DNA of 31,154 nucleotides, taken from the NCBI RefSeq assembly GCF_004010195.1, contig NC_057720.1, positions 18,261,087 to 18,292,240 on the forward strand, in the 5' to 3' direction. The notes under the pieces are model-generated. The model had not been told where the DNA came from. It saw only the letters and a list, made by a program, of their open reading frames with translations, and made no database searches. This DNA comes from Chiloscyllium plagiosum (taxonomy: Eukaryota). Of the stretch, positions 1 through 11,004 are shown in pieces; position 1 is the stretch's first letter; each line of letters begins with the position of its first letter. A program made the position numbers and the translations under genes.

Positions 1-500
1 CTCCAAACCCTTCCTATTCATATATCCATCCAGATGCCTTTTAAATGTTGCAATTGTACAAGCCTCCACCACTTCCTCTGGCAGCTCATTCCACACACAT
101 ACCTCCCTCTGTGTGAAAAAGTTGTCCCTTAGGTCTCTTTTATATCTTTTCCCTCTCACGCTAAACCTATGCCCTCTAGTTCTGGACTCCCCAACCCCAG
201 GGAAAAGACCCTGTCCATTTATCCTACCCATGCCCCTCATGATTTTATAAATCTCTACAAGGTCACCATCAACCTCTGACGCTCCATGGAAAACAGCCCT
301 GGCCTATTCAACCTCTCCCTATAGCTCAAATCTTCCAACCCTGGCAACATCCTTGTAAGTCTTTTCTGAACCCTTTCAAGTTTCCCAACATCTTTCCAAT
401 AGGAAGATGACCAGATCTGCATGCAATATTCCAAAAGTGGCCTAACCAATATCCTGTACAGCCGCAACATGACCTCCCAACTCCTGTACTCAATACTCTG
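1..500 (-). mobile_element. CR1-clade LINE, 5'-truncated 3' portion (ORF2 C-terminus; runs off the window start)
   Basis: Minus ORF 255-527 gives YRSWEVMLRLYRILVRPLLEYCMQIW...LERVQKRLTRMLPGLEDLSYRERL, a typical CR1 ORF2 C-terminus; nearly the same sequence recurs at 3341-3514 and 10012-10353. Confidence 0.92.
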
Positions 501-1899
501 GTACTTAAAAAAAAAATGAAGTTCCAAGTCAGTGTTTATAAAAGTATTTAAAAAGGTTTAAAAATATTGCTTCAACCATCTCCGGAAAGAATAGCCGAAT
601 GTGAAATGTGTTGAGAAGGCAAATGAGCAACAAGAAAGACAATGAGTTTCCCCATACTTGTGAATAGCAATTGTATATGAATGTGTTATCAATGTGTCTA
701 TTGGCCCTCATTCTTAATGAATACAAACAATGAAATCATCACCGCTTACTATTTGACTGACCATTATAACTCTATTGGAACACCAGCACACAACTGAAAA
801 CTGTGAAGAGTCCTAAAATGGATTAAATTTCCCTTTGAGCAGAAAAAGATCATAAATTTCCAGTACATTGCACAGATCTTGTCTACAGGCATATTTGCAA
901 TGACCTCAATGACAGCTATTCAGGCATTTTGTGGGCTTCACAGCAGAGACTTCCCCTAATCTGGGAGTCTTTTCCATTACAGTCCCTACTTTATATTGTT
1001 GCTGCGTTTTCAGGAGTAATCCAAGATGCCTTGGTTAGATTCACAGTCATCAATACTTCTAATTGGTAAGAGTCTAAGTTTCTGATACCATGTCAAGAAG
1101 GATGCCCTCACACTGTGGAGCAGAAGGTGTGCTCAATCTTCATAAAAAGGCTTATTACATATTATTTAAAAGCTGTATACATGACCTCTGAGATAACATG
1201 ATTGTCTCTTGTGAGTCATCTAATACAAGTTAAAATACACATTACTGTTCGCTACTTGTGTACAGCTGGTTAGCTCCTCCCAGGATCAGTTCTTTCAGCC
1301 TTGATAGGCAGAGCTTAAACTTGTGATGTCAGTTAGCCCCTTCAGATACTAATGGTCTTATTGAATAGCACACTCCATGTGGCTTTTGAGCACTGCGTGC
1401 AACTGGAATGAATATCCAACATTAATTAGATATGAATGATGTAGAAAACAAAAAAGCATTCAAAATTAATTTGATATTAAGGGAAACAGATCAAATAAAG
1501 ATATGATCTTGTTTTAAAAGCTCGCACCTGGATTTTCTTCTGAATGAACTAAACTTCAAAACTATTTTTCTAGGTCTGACAGATTGTTTAGCAATTACTT
1601 GTTACACGATCAAACTCATTTTCTCCAAAATGCACTAGATATATTGCATTCATCTCTCTAGTGGAAAATCAATGAATAAATAACCCAATTCGTACTAGTT
1701 CTGATTTCAGTGCTAAGTCCTTCATGGAAGCTAACAACTTCACACGTCCTGAGAAGTAGCGTGTTTCTAACAGCAACTTCTGGATTTCTGCATGTAACTG
1801 CACATTTATGGAAGACAGTGGTTGAGATTGGATTTATCCTGTAATAACAGTTCAGGTCTTGTCCTTAATTGCCCTGCAAATTCACAAAAGTCAAATTTT

Positions 1900-2229
1900 A
1901 AAAAAAATATTCATTCACGGGGCGGGAGGGGAGTGGCATTTATTGTCCATCCCAAATTGCCCAGAGAGGCACTTAAGAGTCATCAACATTGCTGTCTGGA
2001 GTCATACATAAGCCAGACCAAGTAAGAATGGCAGCAAAGGACATAACAGAACTAGATGGATTTTACTGACAATTGACATTGAACTCATCATGAGAGTCTT
2101 AATTCCAGATTTTTATTGAATTCAAATTCCACCATCTGCCTTGGTGGGATTCGAACCCAGGGCCCAGAACATTTACCTAGGTCTCCGGATCAACAATCCA
2201 GGAAAAATACCACGAGACCATCACCTCCC
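1900..2229 (-). mobile_element. tRNA-derived SINE, full length
   Basis: Minus strand starts GGGAGGTGATGGTCTCGTGG (A box, 2210-2220) and has GGTTCGAATCC (B box, 2147-2157). Its 3' tail (gcatttattgtccatcccaaattgccc on +) matches the LINE 3' end at 10963-10990. Confidence 0.85.
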
Positions 2230-2509
2230 TGTTTACTCATTGCAACAAATTCAAAGGGAAACAAATAGATACTACTTTTTCAAATTACTTCTCAAGAACT
2301 CAAAGCTTCAATGTCCATTTCCAAACAATTCACCACACAGTGACATCCGTTGATGCAGCAGTCTCCCTATATCAGTCGCTGTCAGATGGAAAAATCAAGG
2401 AGTAGTCGAATGTGTGGTGCAATGAACGCAGCCAGTGTTATAGAGAGATGTCTTCTGAATTTCAACTATTTTAAAATGTTGTTTCAGTATACAATGAATT
2501 GAGAGTCCG

Positions 2510-2715
2510 AAAATAGGAAGAAACTTTCCATTACCATCAGGATCATTATCCGCAGGAAACAGATTTTAGCCAACTGGCAAAAGAACCAAATTATTCATGA
2601 GAAATGTATTTTTATAATAAATATTTAAGATCTGGAATGTATTTTCTGAAAGGGTGCTGTAAGCTAATCCAACAATTATTTGTTCAAATGAACTGGAAAC
2701 AGACTTAAAGTTAAC
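2510..2715 (+). mobile_element. Old, degraded CR1 3' fragment
   Basis: Degenerate CR1 C-terminal pattern (aggaagaaactttcc...gatctggaatgtattttctgaaagggtgctgtaagc, resembling KLFP...IWNALPERVVEA). Confidence 0.55.
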
Positions 2716-2724
2716 AAAATTAAG

Positions 2725-3105
2725 ACATCTTAATACAGAGCCTTTCACAACCTCAGTACATTATAAAGAGCTTTACAGTCAATGAGGTATTTTTAGGAAT
2801 TACCAATTTGAGCACAAGTCCCTGCAAATTTTGATGTAATAACAAGATATTTTAGTGGTGTGAATAAATATAACAAACATTGATTAGAACCACAGAGATA
2901 ACGCCATTGCTGATCTTTGAAGCAATACTATGGGACCCTCCACTCCAACAAAGTGTTGACTGGGCCTTGCACTAACATCTCAACCAAAAGACTGAATCTT
3001 TGACAGTAATGTACTCCTTCAGCATTGCCTCAAATGCTTGTTATCTTTGAAGTGAGACTAACTCTCAACATTCAGACACAGACCTGAGGGAATTACTAAC
3101 TTAGT
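2725..3105 (-). mobile_element. Degraded Deu-domain SINE (SacSINE1/AmnSINE1-like)
   Basis: Minus strand GCAATGCTGAAGGAGTACATTACTGTCAAAGATTCAGTCTTTTGGTTGAGATGTTAGTGCAAGGCCC...CCCATAGTATTGCTTCAAAGATCAGCA resembles the Deu central domain as recalled; L2-like tail ctgtaaagctcttt...tgaaaggctctgtatta. Confidence 0.7.
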
Positions 3106-3340
3106 GGATAAATGGGGCATATCAAATGACATTTTCAAAATTTCAGCGTGAGCAAGATGAGTCACAGGTCGCATTCTTCAAAGCTGTATAATTTGTTATG
3201 ATGGATGCAATTCCTTTACAGTTTTGGACTAAATTACTAACAACCTCTTAGCCAAAGTTCCTACGTCATTCTCCATATACAACGTTTAAAAAAAAATCAA
3301 TTTTAAATAGTCATTAATTTTTTTGAAGTTTTGAAAAGTA

Positions 3341-3958
3341 GTTATAGAGTCATAGAGATGTACAGCATGGAAACAGACCCTTCGGTCCAACCCGTCCATG
3401 CCGACCAGATATCCCAACCCAATCTAGTCCCACCTGCCAGCACCCGGCCCATATCCCTCCAAACCCTTCCTATTAATATACCCATCCAAATGCCTCTTAA
3501 CTGTTGCAATTGTANNNNNNNNNNNNNNNNNNNNNNNNNNNNNNNNNNNNNNNNNNNNNNNNNNNNNNNNNNNNNNNNNNNNNNNNNNNNNNNNNNNNNN
3601 NNNNNNNNNNNNNNNNNNNNNNNNNNNNNNNNNNNNNNNNNNNNNNNNNNNNNNNNNNNNNNNNNNNNNNNNNNNNNNNNNNNNNNNNNNNNNNNNNNNN
3701 NNNNNNNNNNNNNNNNNNNNNNNNNNNNNNNNNNNNNNNNNNNNNNNNNNNNNNNNNNNNNNNNNNNNNNNNNNNNNNNNNNNNNNNNNNNNNNNNNNNA
3801 GCTATGAACCTGCACTCCAAGGTCTCTTTGTTCAGCAACACTCCCTAGGACCTTACCATTAAGTGTATAAGTCCTGCTAAGATTTGCTTTCCCAAAATGC
3901 AGCACCTCGCATTTATCTGAATTAAACTCCATCTGCCACTTCTCAGCTCATTGGCCCA
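3341..3958 (-). mobile_element. Young CR1 LINE 3' portion (same family as 1-500), spans an N gap
   Basis: 3' terminus gttatagagtcatagagatgtacagc on +. Minus ORF MEFNSDKCEVLHFGKAN...EQRDLGVQVHS is CR1 ORF2 sequence just after the RT domain. Confidence 0.92.
3515..3799. other. Assembly gap (285 N)
   Basis: Run of N. Confidence 1.
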
Positions 3959-4183
3959 GTTCTGACAAAACTCTTGTTCAAATAATTGAACGCAATTCTC
4001 AAGCAAATAAACACAATGATTTTAAACTTTGTGTTCATGAACTGTGATGCATTTGAATTTATAAATCATGAAAATTCATGGTTTGAGGACTCTGGCATTT
4101 TTGCTGGGACAGGTTTTGCTCTTGATATTCTCTCCAGTTGAAATCTAGTCCATTTAACTTGATCTCACTATACAATTCATAGA

Positions 4184-4490
4184 CTAGATTCATAGAATTC
4201 CTACTGTGTGGAAACAGGCCCTTCAGCCAAACAAGTCCACACCAACCCGCCAAAGAGTAACCCACCCAGACCCATTCCCCTACCTAAGTATCCTATATTT
4301 ACCCCTGACTAATGCACCTAACCTACACATCCCTAAACACTATGCGCAACTTAGGATGGCCGATTCACCTAACCTGCACATCTTTGGACTGTGGGAGGAA
4401 AACAGAGCACTGGAGGACACCCATGCAGACATGGGGAGAATGTGCAAACTCCACACAGACAGTCGCCAGAGGCTGGAATTGGATCTGGTC
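4184..4490 (-). mobile_element. V-SINE (shark HE1-like), 5' end degraded
   Basis: Minus strand has the V-domain-type GTGTGGAGTTTGCACATTCTCCCCATGTCTGCATGGGTG and a degenerate B box. The 3' tail (ggaaacaggcccttcagccaaacaagtccacacc on +) matches the CR1 3' end at 3369-3402. Confidence 0.88.
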
Positions 4491-4993
4491 AATGTTAGCT
4501 GCTGGGAGGTCTATGAAAGTAACTTAAATGTTAACATTAAAAAAAGTTAACAAGCAGCAATTTATACTATAACAATACACCATAGTACAGTCATTACCTT
4601 AAAGACAAAAACGGCATTCCAAAATTATACAAAATATTTTAAGTTATGCTTGAATAAAAATTGATTCCACAGCTAACATTTTCTAGATTCTATTAAGTAC
4701 AGATCATATGTGCATCAAGACTATTCCTCATTACTTTTTTTATTTAGTACCATGGACCACAAACCCAAAGCAAATGAGTATGCCATAGCTAACCTTTTCG
4801 AAGCTTCTAATATGTACCATCAATACAAAAGATCACCATTGTCTACAGGAAACAGAATGTTTAAGGTCTAAAGTACAATTATTTGAAAAATCAGCAAGCA
4901 TTTCTTTTTTCCACATTGTTATTTTACAAGCACCTGAAGACTACATATCAATTTTTACAGTGTAGCACTGTGGTTGGTGGTTCAAAACTTCAC

Positions 4994-5104
4994 CTTGAAA
5001 GCCATTAGAAGAAACAAAATAATAACTGCAAGTGTATACAAAACAAGAATGTCTATGCTGCAGTCAATACTAGATCCATCCTGTAGCCAACTGCTCGACA
5101 TGAA
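4994..5104 (-). CDS. Candidate internal coding exon (111 nt, phase 0-0) encoding a probable transmembrane segment: FMSSSWLQDGSSIDCSIDILVLYTLAVIILFLLMAFK
   Basis: Acceptor ccttgcttttgtttgcAG| and donor AAG|GTGAAG. Length is a multiple of 3, only frame 0 is open, it encodes a ~19-residue hydrophobic run, and it lies in repeat-free DNA. Gene not recognised. Confidence 0.5.
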
Positions 5105-5862
5105 CTGCAAACAAAAGCAAGGAATTGACTGCATCTTGTCTTACAAAAATGGTAACAATTTAAACTGCATAACCAGTGACTGCAGGTTGAAAGCCAGTAA
5201 CCAATTGTATGTCAAGTGTCCAGTGGCAAATTTGTGGTAAATTCAAATTTTTCACTCTAGAGGAGTAAAAATGAAGTGCAAGACAAACTCAGCATCTGTG
5301 GAAAGAAAAACAGATTTAACGTTTCGAGTCCCAACACAGTTTTTCTGCAAAACTGAAGGAAATTGGAAAATAATTGGTTTTATGCTGTTGACAACTGGGG
5401 AGGAGTGGAACAGGAGTAACAGTGCCAATAACAGAACTGGAAGAAGATATACGGAGAGTAGGTGTTGATGGTAGGTGTGAACAGCAGAAAACAAATCTGT
5501 CCTGCTGAGAACAACTTATGCAAACTAGCCGCTGGCGATTTTGAAAGGTGAATGGTGTCAACATTCTGAAATTCTTCAACTCAATGTTAAGTCGTGACAG
5601 TAAACAAGGGCCCAAACAGAAATTTTGTTTTTTTAGCCCTCCAGTTGCCTTGGGCTTTCATGGAGCACTGCAGCAGGTCTCAACAGAAACATCTGCATGT
5701 GAGCAAGGCAATATATTGAAAGGGCAATGAATTGAAAGGCTGGGGTCATTGTTGTGGATAGACTGGATGTGCTCCTCAAAGTAGCCACCAAGCTTGCATT
5801 TGGTCTCACCAACATAGAGAACATAATGGCATCAGTGAATACAATGAACTGTACTGAGAGAA

Positions 5863-5889
5863 GGTGGTGTTGGTGGTGGTGGTGGGGTT
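5863..5889 (+). repeat. (TGG)n microsatellite at the PLE/CR1 junction
   Basis: ggtggtgttggtggtggtggtggggtt. Confidence 0.8.
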
Positions 5890-5894
5890 GTGTC

Positions 5895-6370
5895 GGAAGG
5901 ATGTTGTTAAACTTGAAAGGGTTCAGAAAACATTGACAAGGACATTGCCAAGGTTAGAGGGTATGAGGAATAGGGAGAGGCTGAATTGGGTGGGGCTATT
6001 TTCCCTGTAGTGTCGCAGGCTGTCTAAAATCATGAAGGACATGGATAGGGTGAATAGTCAAAGCTTTTACCCTAAGGTGAGTCCAAACTAGACAGCACAG
6101 GTTTAAGACGAGAGGGTAAAATTTAAAAGGGATACAAAGGGCAATTTTTTCAGAGGGTGGTGTGTATATGGAACAAGCTGCTACAGGAAGTAGTGGAGGC
6201 TTGTACAATTACAATATTTAAAAGGCATCTGGATGGGTATACGAAGAAGAAAGGTTTGAGGGAGATACGTCAAATGCTGGCAAACAGGACTAGATTAATT
6301 TGGCTTTTCTGGTTGGCATGGATAGATTGGACTGAAGGGTCTGTTTCTGTGCTGTACATCTAACTTTATA
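5895..6370 (+). mobile_element. CR1 LINE 3' end inserted in the PLE (same family as 1-500, opposite strand)
   Basis: RKDVVKLERVQK... and ORF 6157-6363 VCIWNKLLQEVVEACTITIFKRHLDGY; 3' UTR gaagggtctgtttctgtgctgtacatc. Confidence 0.9.
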
Positions 6371-6762
6371 GCTGATGGATCTCATACAGGAAATGATCTA
6401 TGTGGACTATTTACAGCAAAGGGAGATGTGCTTGCTGGAAGTGGCAGAGGATGCAAAGGCTGGTGGGGTGGCAAGGGAGGAAAAAGAAAACGGTATAGTT
6501 GTTCCAGAAGGAAGGGATGAAAGCAGAAGTGTGAGAAATTGATTCAGCTGATGGCTATGTCAATCAAAGTAGGGGAGATATTCCTAGGTTGAGGGAGGAC
6601 AAAGGACATATTGAAAGCATCCCTGCAGAGGTACAATGTTATAACAGATGCACTGGAGGTACAGAAACTGGAAGAAGGAATAGAGTCCTTACTGGAACCA
6701 CAGTGTGAAGAAGTATCGTCAAGGTAACGGTGGGGGGAGTCAAACAGTTTATAATGGATTTT

Positions 6763-6863
6763 AAGATCGGAGGAGGGGTCACTTGACGTGAAGCATTAAC
6801 TCTGATTTCTCTCCTCAAATGCTGCCCTGACCTGCTCAGCTTTTCCAGCAGTTTCTGTTTTTG
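6763..6863 (+). mobile_element. 101-bp solo Penelope terminal fragment with decayed hammerhead, flanked by a TSD
   Basis: Flanked by ttataatggat[t/c]tt at 6749-6762 and 6864-6877. Internal cggagga-ggggtcacttgacgt-gaagcattaac...gacctgctcagcttttccagca is homologous to the other PLE termini in the window. Confidence 0.8.
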
Positions 6864-7439
6864 TTATAATGGATCTTGGTTGATGGCCTATCCCCAGAAA
6901 TAAAAACAAAGGAAGGGAAAGGTTGCACCAGAAATTGACGAGGTTAAGGCATGAGAAGGTTGAAAATTAGAAGCAAAGTTGTGGGCTTTTGTCCACCACC
7001 AAGCAAAGAGGAGGAAGCAGCACTGATGATGTCAGAGACAGTTATGGAAGCAGGACCCTCCACTGCAGAGGTGGACTGGACCAAGGACATTTCCACATAC
7101 CCCACAGAGAGCCATACAACTGGGACCCATGCGGGCATCCACAGCCATGCCTTTGACTTGGAGGAAATAAAACAAGTTAAAGGAGAAATTGTTCAAAGTG
7201 AAAATGATTTGAGCCAGTGAGGAATCATTGCGGATGGGAACTTTCCAGGCCTCCTTTCAAGGAGGAAGTGGAGAACCCTGTGACTATTCTGATGGGGGAC
7301 TAGATGTGTACAAGGATTGCACATGCACGCAGAGGCAGTGGCTGGGATCAAGAAACTGGAAAATGTGGAACCAGCGTATAGTGCTAGAAGAATCTCAAAA
7401 CATAACTGGAAAGATTAGACAAGAGCAGAAAAAAAATGT

Positions 7440-7842
7440 ACAGAAACTCAAAGGAGTAGGCCACTCAAGACTGTTCTGTCATTCAATATGACCATGGCTG
7501 ATCCTTTACTTCAATGCCATATTCCACTTTATTCCCATACTCCATGATGTTTTTAATATTTAAATAATTCTCTCTTTTTTTGAATGTATTCAGTGACTTG
7601 GCCTCCACAACGTTCTGTGATAAAAAAGGTCCACAGGTCCATTACCCACTGAGTGAAAACATTTTTTCTTTATCTGTTCAAAATGGTTTCCCCTCCAGCC
7701 GGAGATTGTGATCCCTAGTTCTGGATGTCCCTGCCCTACCTCGTTAGAATTTTACACATTTCAATCAGATCCCCTCTCATCCTTCTAAACTCAAGTGAAT
7801 ACAGGCCAAGTTGAACCAATCTCTCCTCAAAACACAGTCCTT
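7440..7842 (-). mobile_element. Older CR1 3' end inserted in the PLE
   Basis: ggagtaggccactc...tcagatcccctctcatccttctaaactc reads EFRRMRGDLIE on the minus strand. Confidence 0.85.
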
Positions 7843-8189
7843 TAGGATGATGGATCTGCCAGGGCAGTCCTGTTTATGAATTTTGGGGGACAATGAGGTA
7901 GGAAACCATGCAGGGAATGTCTCTGAAGGATATGTGGCTATTGACAGCCCCAGAAACAATTACCTATTGTTCAGTGGTGGGGTAATTCTCAGGGGAGATA
8001 GGAGGAAGTGTCTGAGAGTTAGCACTTATCCTCTGCAAGAAAAAAGGTCTACACAGCAGAGAACAACAGCACGATCCTTGTCACCAGGTTCGATAACAGT
8101 CAGAATTAGACCCGACAGAACGGAGTACTTTGTCTTTATTTGATATTCTAATTCATTTTCCCAACTCTCTTCCAGGTCTGACTACCTTG

Positions 8190-8320
8190 AACAAAAACCA
8201 AAAACTGCAGATGCTGGACATCTGAAACAAGATCAAAAATAGCTTGAAAAACTCAGCAAGTCAGGCTGCCTCTATGGAGAGAAAGTAGAGTTAATGTTTT
8301 AGGTCCAGTGATTTCTGCAA
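8190..8320 (-). mobile_element. Penelope-like terminal fragment (tail + degenerate hammerhead)
   Basis: ctgcagatgctggacatctgaaac...aaaactcagcaagtcaggctgcctctatggagagaaagtagagttaatgttttaggtccagtga resembles 5285-5335 and 15748-15835. Confidence 0.7.
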
Positions 8321-8399
8321 TTGCAGCTCGCCCTGCAACTCTCCGAGAGAGTTACGTTTTCCCATTCTGCTCTTACGAACAACCAAAATTTTAAGCACT

Positions 8400-8630
8400 A
8401 ACCATCTTCAGCCTCCCTTTCAGCTACATATGATTCAAAGTTATAGAATTCCCACTCTAAACACAGTTTCTTTATTTTTCTTCACTCCTTTAAGATGCTC
8501 CTTAAAACATTTGTGGTGTAGCTTGTGATATCTATCCAAATAGCCCTATGTAACATGGTGTCAAATTTTGTTTGACAATGCTTTTGTGAAGCACCTGGGC
8601 TTGTTTTAACCATACAAATGGAAGCTTTTT
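8400..8630 (+). mobile_element. Degraded L2-clade LINE 3' end
   Basis: ctcctttaagatgctccttaaaac (SFKxLLKT, typical L2 ORF2 C-terminus) followed by ggtgtcaaattttgtttgacaatgcttttgtgaagcacctggg. Confidence 0.65.
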
Positions 8631-9160
8631 TTGGTAGTTATGCATATGCAATTTACTTTCTAATGATTTCTTGCTGCAAATATTTTTTAGAGCTTTCCTT
8701 AGATATAAATTCCAAAACTGTGCGTAGTACTCCAGATGTGTTGTCAGGGTCATATAGAGTTGTAGCAAAGCTTGGTCATTGTTGCGTCCCAATCCTCTTG
8801 CTATAAAAGGTTAACACAGTTTGCTGTACATAATAATCATGTTCCTTCTACAAGTGCAGACACATCACTGAATATCAACATTTAAAAATTATACTCGAAA
8901 AACAAGTTGCTTTTTAATTTTCGTTTTCAAAGTGAATAATCACATACCATCTCATTAGATTTCATCTAGTTACTCACTTATTTACTATGTATGAATATTA
9001 GTGAAAAGTACATTTTGTGGCATTCTCAAGTCGATTCACAAGCATATCAGTGTAAAGGAGGAAACAACATTCTTATCCTGCATAAGAGCTCTTTCTTATA
9101 CAGAAAGAAGTCAGATAGCATAAAACTGATGCTCCCCTTCACAATGTATTCTAGTGAATT

Positions 9161-9192
9161 GTCCTGATGAGTGCAAGATGAAAAGCTTTAAA
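9161..9192 (+). ncRNA. Degenerate minimal hammerhead ribozyme motif in a short (~8990-9215) insertion
   Basis: gtc-CTGATGA-GT-gcaag-AT-GAA-AAGCTT-t: both core boxes present, 2-bp stem II, palindromic AAGCTT stem III; the stem I partner is lost. Confidence 0.55.
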
Positions 9193-10011
9193 TATTTTTT
9201 CAGCAGTAGTCTGTTCTCAATGACTAAACAACCATTTCTATACATTTATTTGCAGCCTCCATCTCTTCTTCACAGCTTGCGTTCCCACCAGCTTTGCACC
9301 TTAGCAAATATAGATGCATGGCTCTTGATTTCTTCACTGAAGCCATTAATCAAGACAGGAAATGACCAAGAGTCCAGAAACATCAGTTTACAATTAGAGT
9401 CTGTCAACTTGAAAAATCCCCTGTTCATCCACACACGCTATTTGCTTTCCATTGGCCAATCTCTATCCATGCAAATATGTTATTTCCAATTCCATGAACC
9501 CTCATCCTGCAACTAGTCTTCCATGTGGTGTTTCGTCAAATGATTTTTGAAAATCTAAATATATAACATCTACTCAACTCCCTTTATTGCCTCTGCTCAA
9601 ATCTGTCCATCAAGCTTTTCTTCTCATAAAGACATGCTGACTCCTCCATCTGATCATATTAGACTTTCTAAAATCAAATTTCAATATTATCACAACAATT
9701 CACATCAGGTTAATTGGTCTATGTTTTGATTTCTTTCTCCCTACCTTAAATATTAGATTTCCATTTGCCAAGTTCCAATCCACTGAATTGTACTTGAATT
9801 GAAGGAATTTTGGAAAATTAATATCAGTGCAACCACAACCCCTGAAGCTACCTTATGTTTATCAAATACTTTTTTTCTCTAATAATGTTATTTTCTGCAT
9901 TCTTTTTAACGTTTTGGCTATAATATTTCTGATATGTACTTTATTTCACGTACCACAAAGACAATGAGAAAATATTTGTTTAATGTTTCTGCTCTTTCCT
10001 CAATCGCAACA

Positions 10012-10353
10012 GTTATAGAGTCATAGAGATGTACAGCATGGAAACAGACTCCTTGGTGCAACCCGTCCATGCCGACCAGATATCCCAACCCAATCTAATC
10101 CCACCAGCCAGCACCCAGCCCATATCCCTCCAAACCCTTCCTATTCATATACCCATCCAGATGCCTTTTAAATGTTGCAATCGTACCAGCCTCCACCACT
10201 TCCTCTGGCAGCTCATTCCATACACGCTGGCAACATCCTTGTAAAATCTTTTCTGAACCCTTTCAAGTTTCACAACATCTTTTCAATAGGAAGGAGACCA
10301 GAATTGCATGCAATATTCCAACAGTGGCCTAACCAATGTCCTGTACAGCCGCA
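10012..10353 (-). mobile_element. Young CR1 3' end with a ~240-bp internal deletion
   Basis: Near-identical to 3341-3514 and 1-100, then jumps at ~10227 (ccatacacg|ctggcaacatcc) to the equivalent of position ~341 of the first copy. Confidence 0.92.
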
Positions 10354-11004
10354 GTCTCTTTGGGGGTTAACGTTTATTTTTGTTACTGTACTTACTTTCT
10401 ACTTTGAAAAGCTCCTATCTATTTTTATAATCCAAGCTATTTTACTCACTCCATTTTTCTCAACCGTCTTTTAACTTCTTTGCACTACGTGTGGCTGGTT
10501 TTGAAACTTTCTCAATCCTCATGTTTAATGATTAATAGTTCAGTCTTTCTCAGAATTTTAGTTTTTATAACAACACTTTTTTTTGGTTACTTAGGTTTTG
10601 TATTTCTTTAAATGTTTGCTTATTTACAGACACACATTTAGTCAGGTCACAGCTGAGGCAACATTATGAAGACAGATAATTTTGAGTTTCATTTTCAACA
10701 TTTGGAGAGGTGCAATGAGAATAATTCTAGAGATTATGTCACAATATTCAGTCAGATTCATAACTGGAATACTCTGGGGGGGGAAAAAAAAAGTGTTTTA
10801 CTCAAGTCAAGAACATTGGTACAAGTCTTTAAATTGGATAGAAGCCTGGTGACATTCATAAAAAATTAACATTCTTCAGACAGAATTTGAGAAATTCTTT
10901 TCCTTCTGATAAAGTTTTTAAAATTGATTTGCTTGTGGGATGTGGGCAGCGCTAGTTGGCCAGCATTCATTGCTTGTCCCTAGGTGCCCTTCAGAACGTA
11001 GTGG

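Larger units (their letters stand above)
5270..8110 (-). mobile_element. Old Penelope-like element (RT + GIY-YIG), interrupted by three insertions
   Basis: Minus-strand motifs in the expected order: PKIHKQDCPGR (~7860-7890), VQSLYTS (~7300-7320), LNNFSFN...QVKGMAV..RMGPS (~7120-7195), KDSIP (~6680), VLYVGETK of the GIY-YIG nuclease (5800-5823), and a degenerate hammerhead-bearing terminus at 5290-5355. Many frameshifts and stops. Confidence 0.85.
8690..10610 (-). mobile_element. Old CR1 LINE body (RT region), interrupted at ~8990-9215 and 10012-10353
   Basis: Minus ORF 8532-8792 LLQLYMTLTTHLEYYAQFWNLYLRK; minus VDVIYLDFQKSFDETPH at ~9525-9575. Confidence 0.75.

Noticed and set aside
529..726. 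Minus ORF with PEMVEAIFLNLFK / VWGNSL
   Set aside because: Probably a very old CR1 3' remnant; too degraded to delimit and not a gene.
763..801. Possible 39-nt minus exon FSVVCWCSNRVIM (cacag| ... ATG|gtcagt)
   Set aside because: Phase-compatible with the 4994-5104 exon, but too short to distinguish from chance without RNA-seq or homology.
2140..2229. tRNA gene
   Set aside because: A and B boxes are present but there is no clean cloverleaf, and the sequence continues into a SINE body and tail.
2332..2380. Possible 45-nt minus exon TDIGRLLHQRMSLC
   Set aside because: Weak donor, phase 1-1 incompatible with the upstream candidate, and no recognisable homology.
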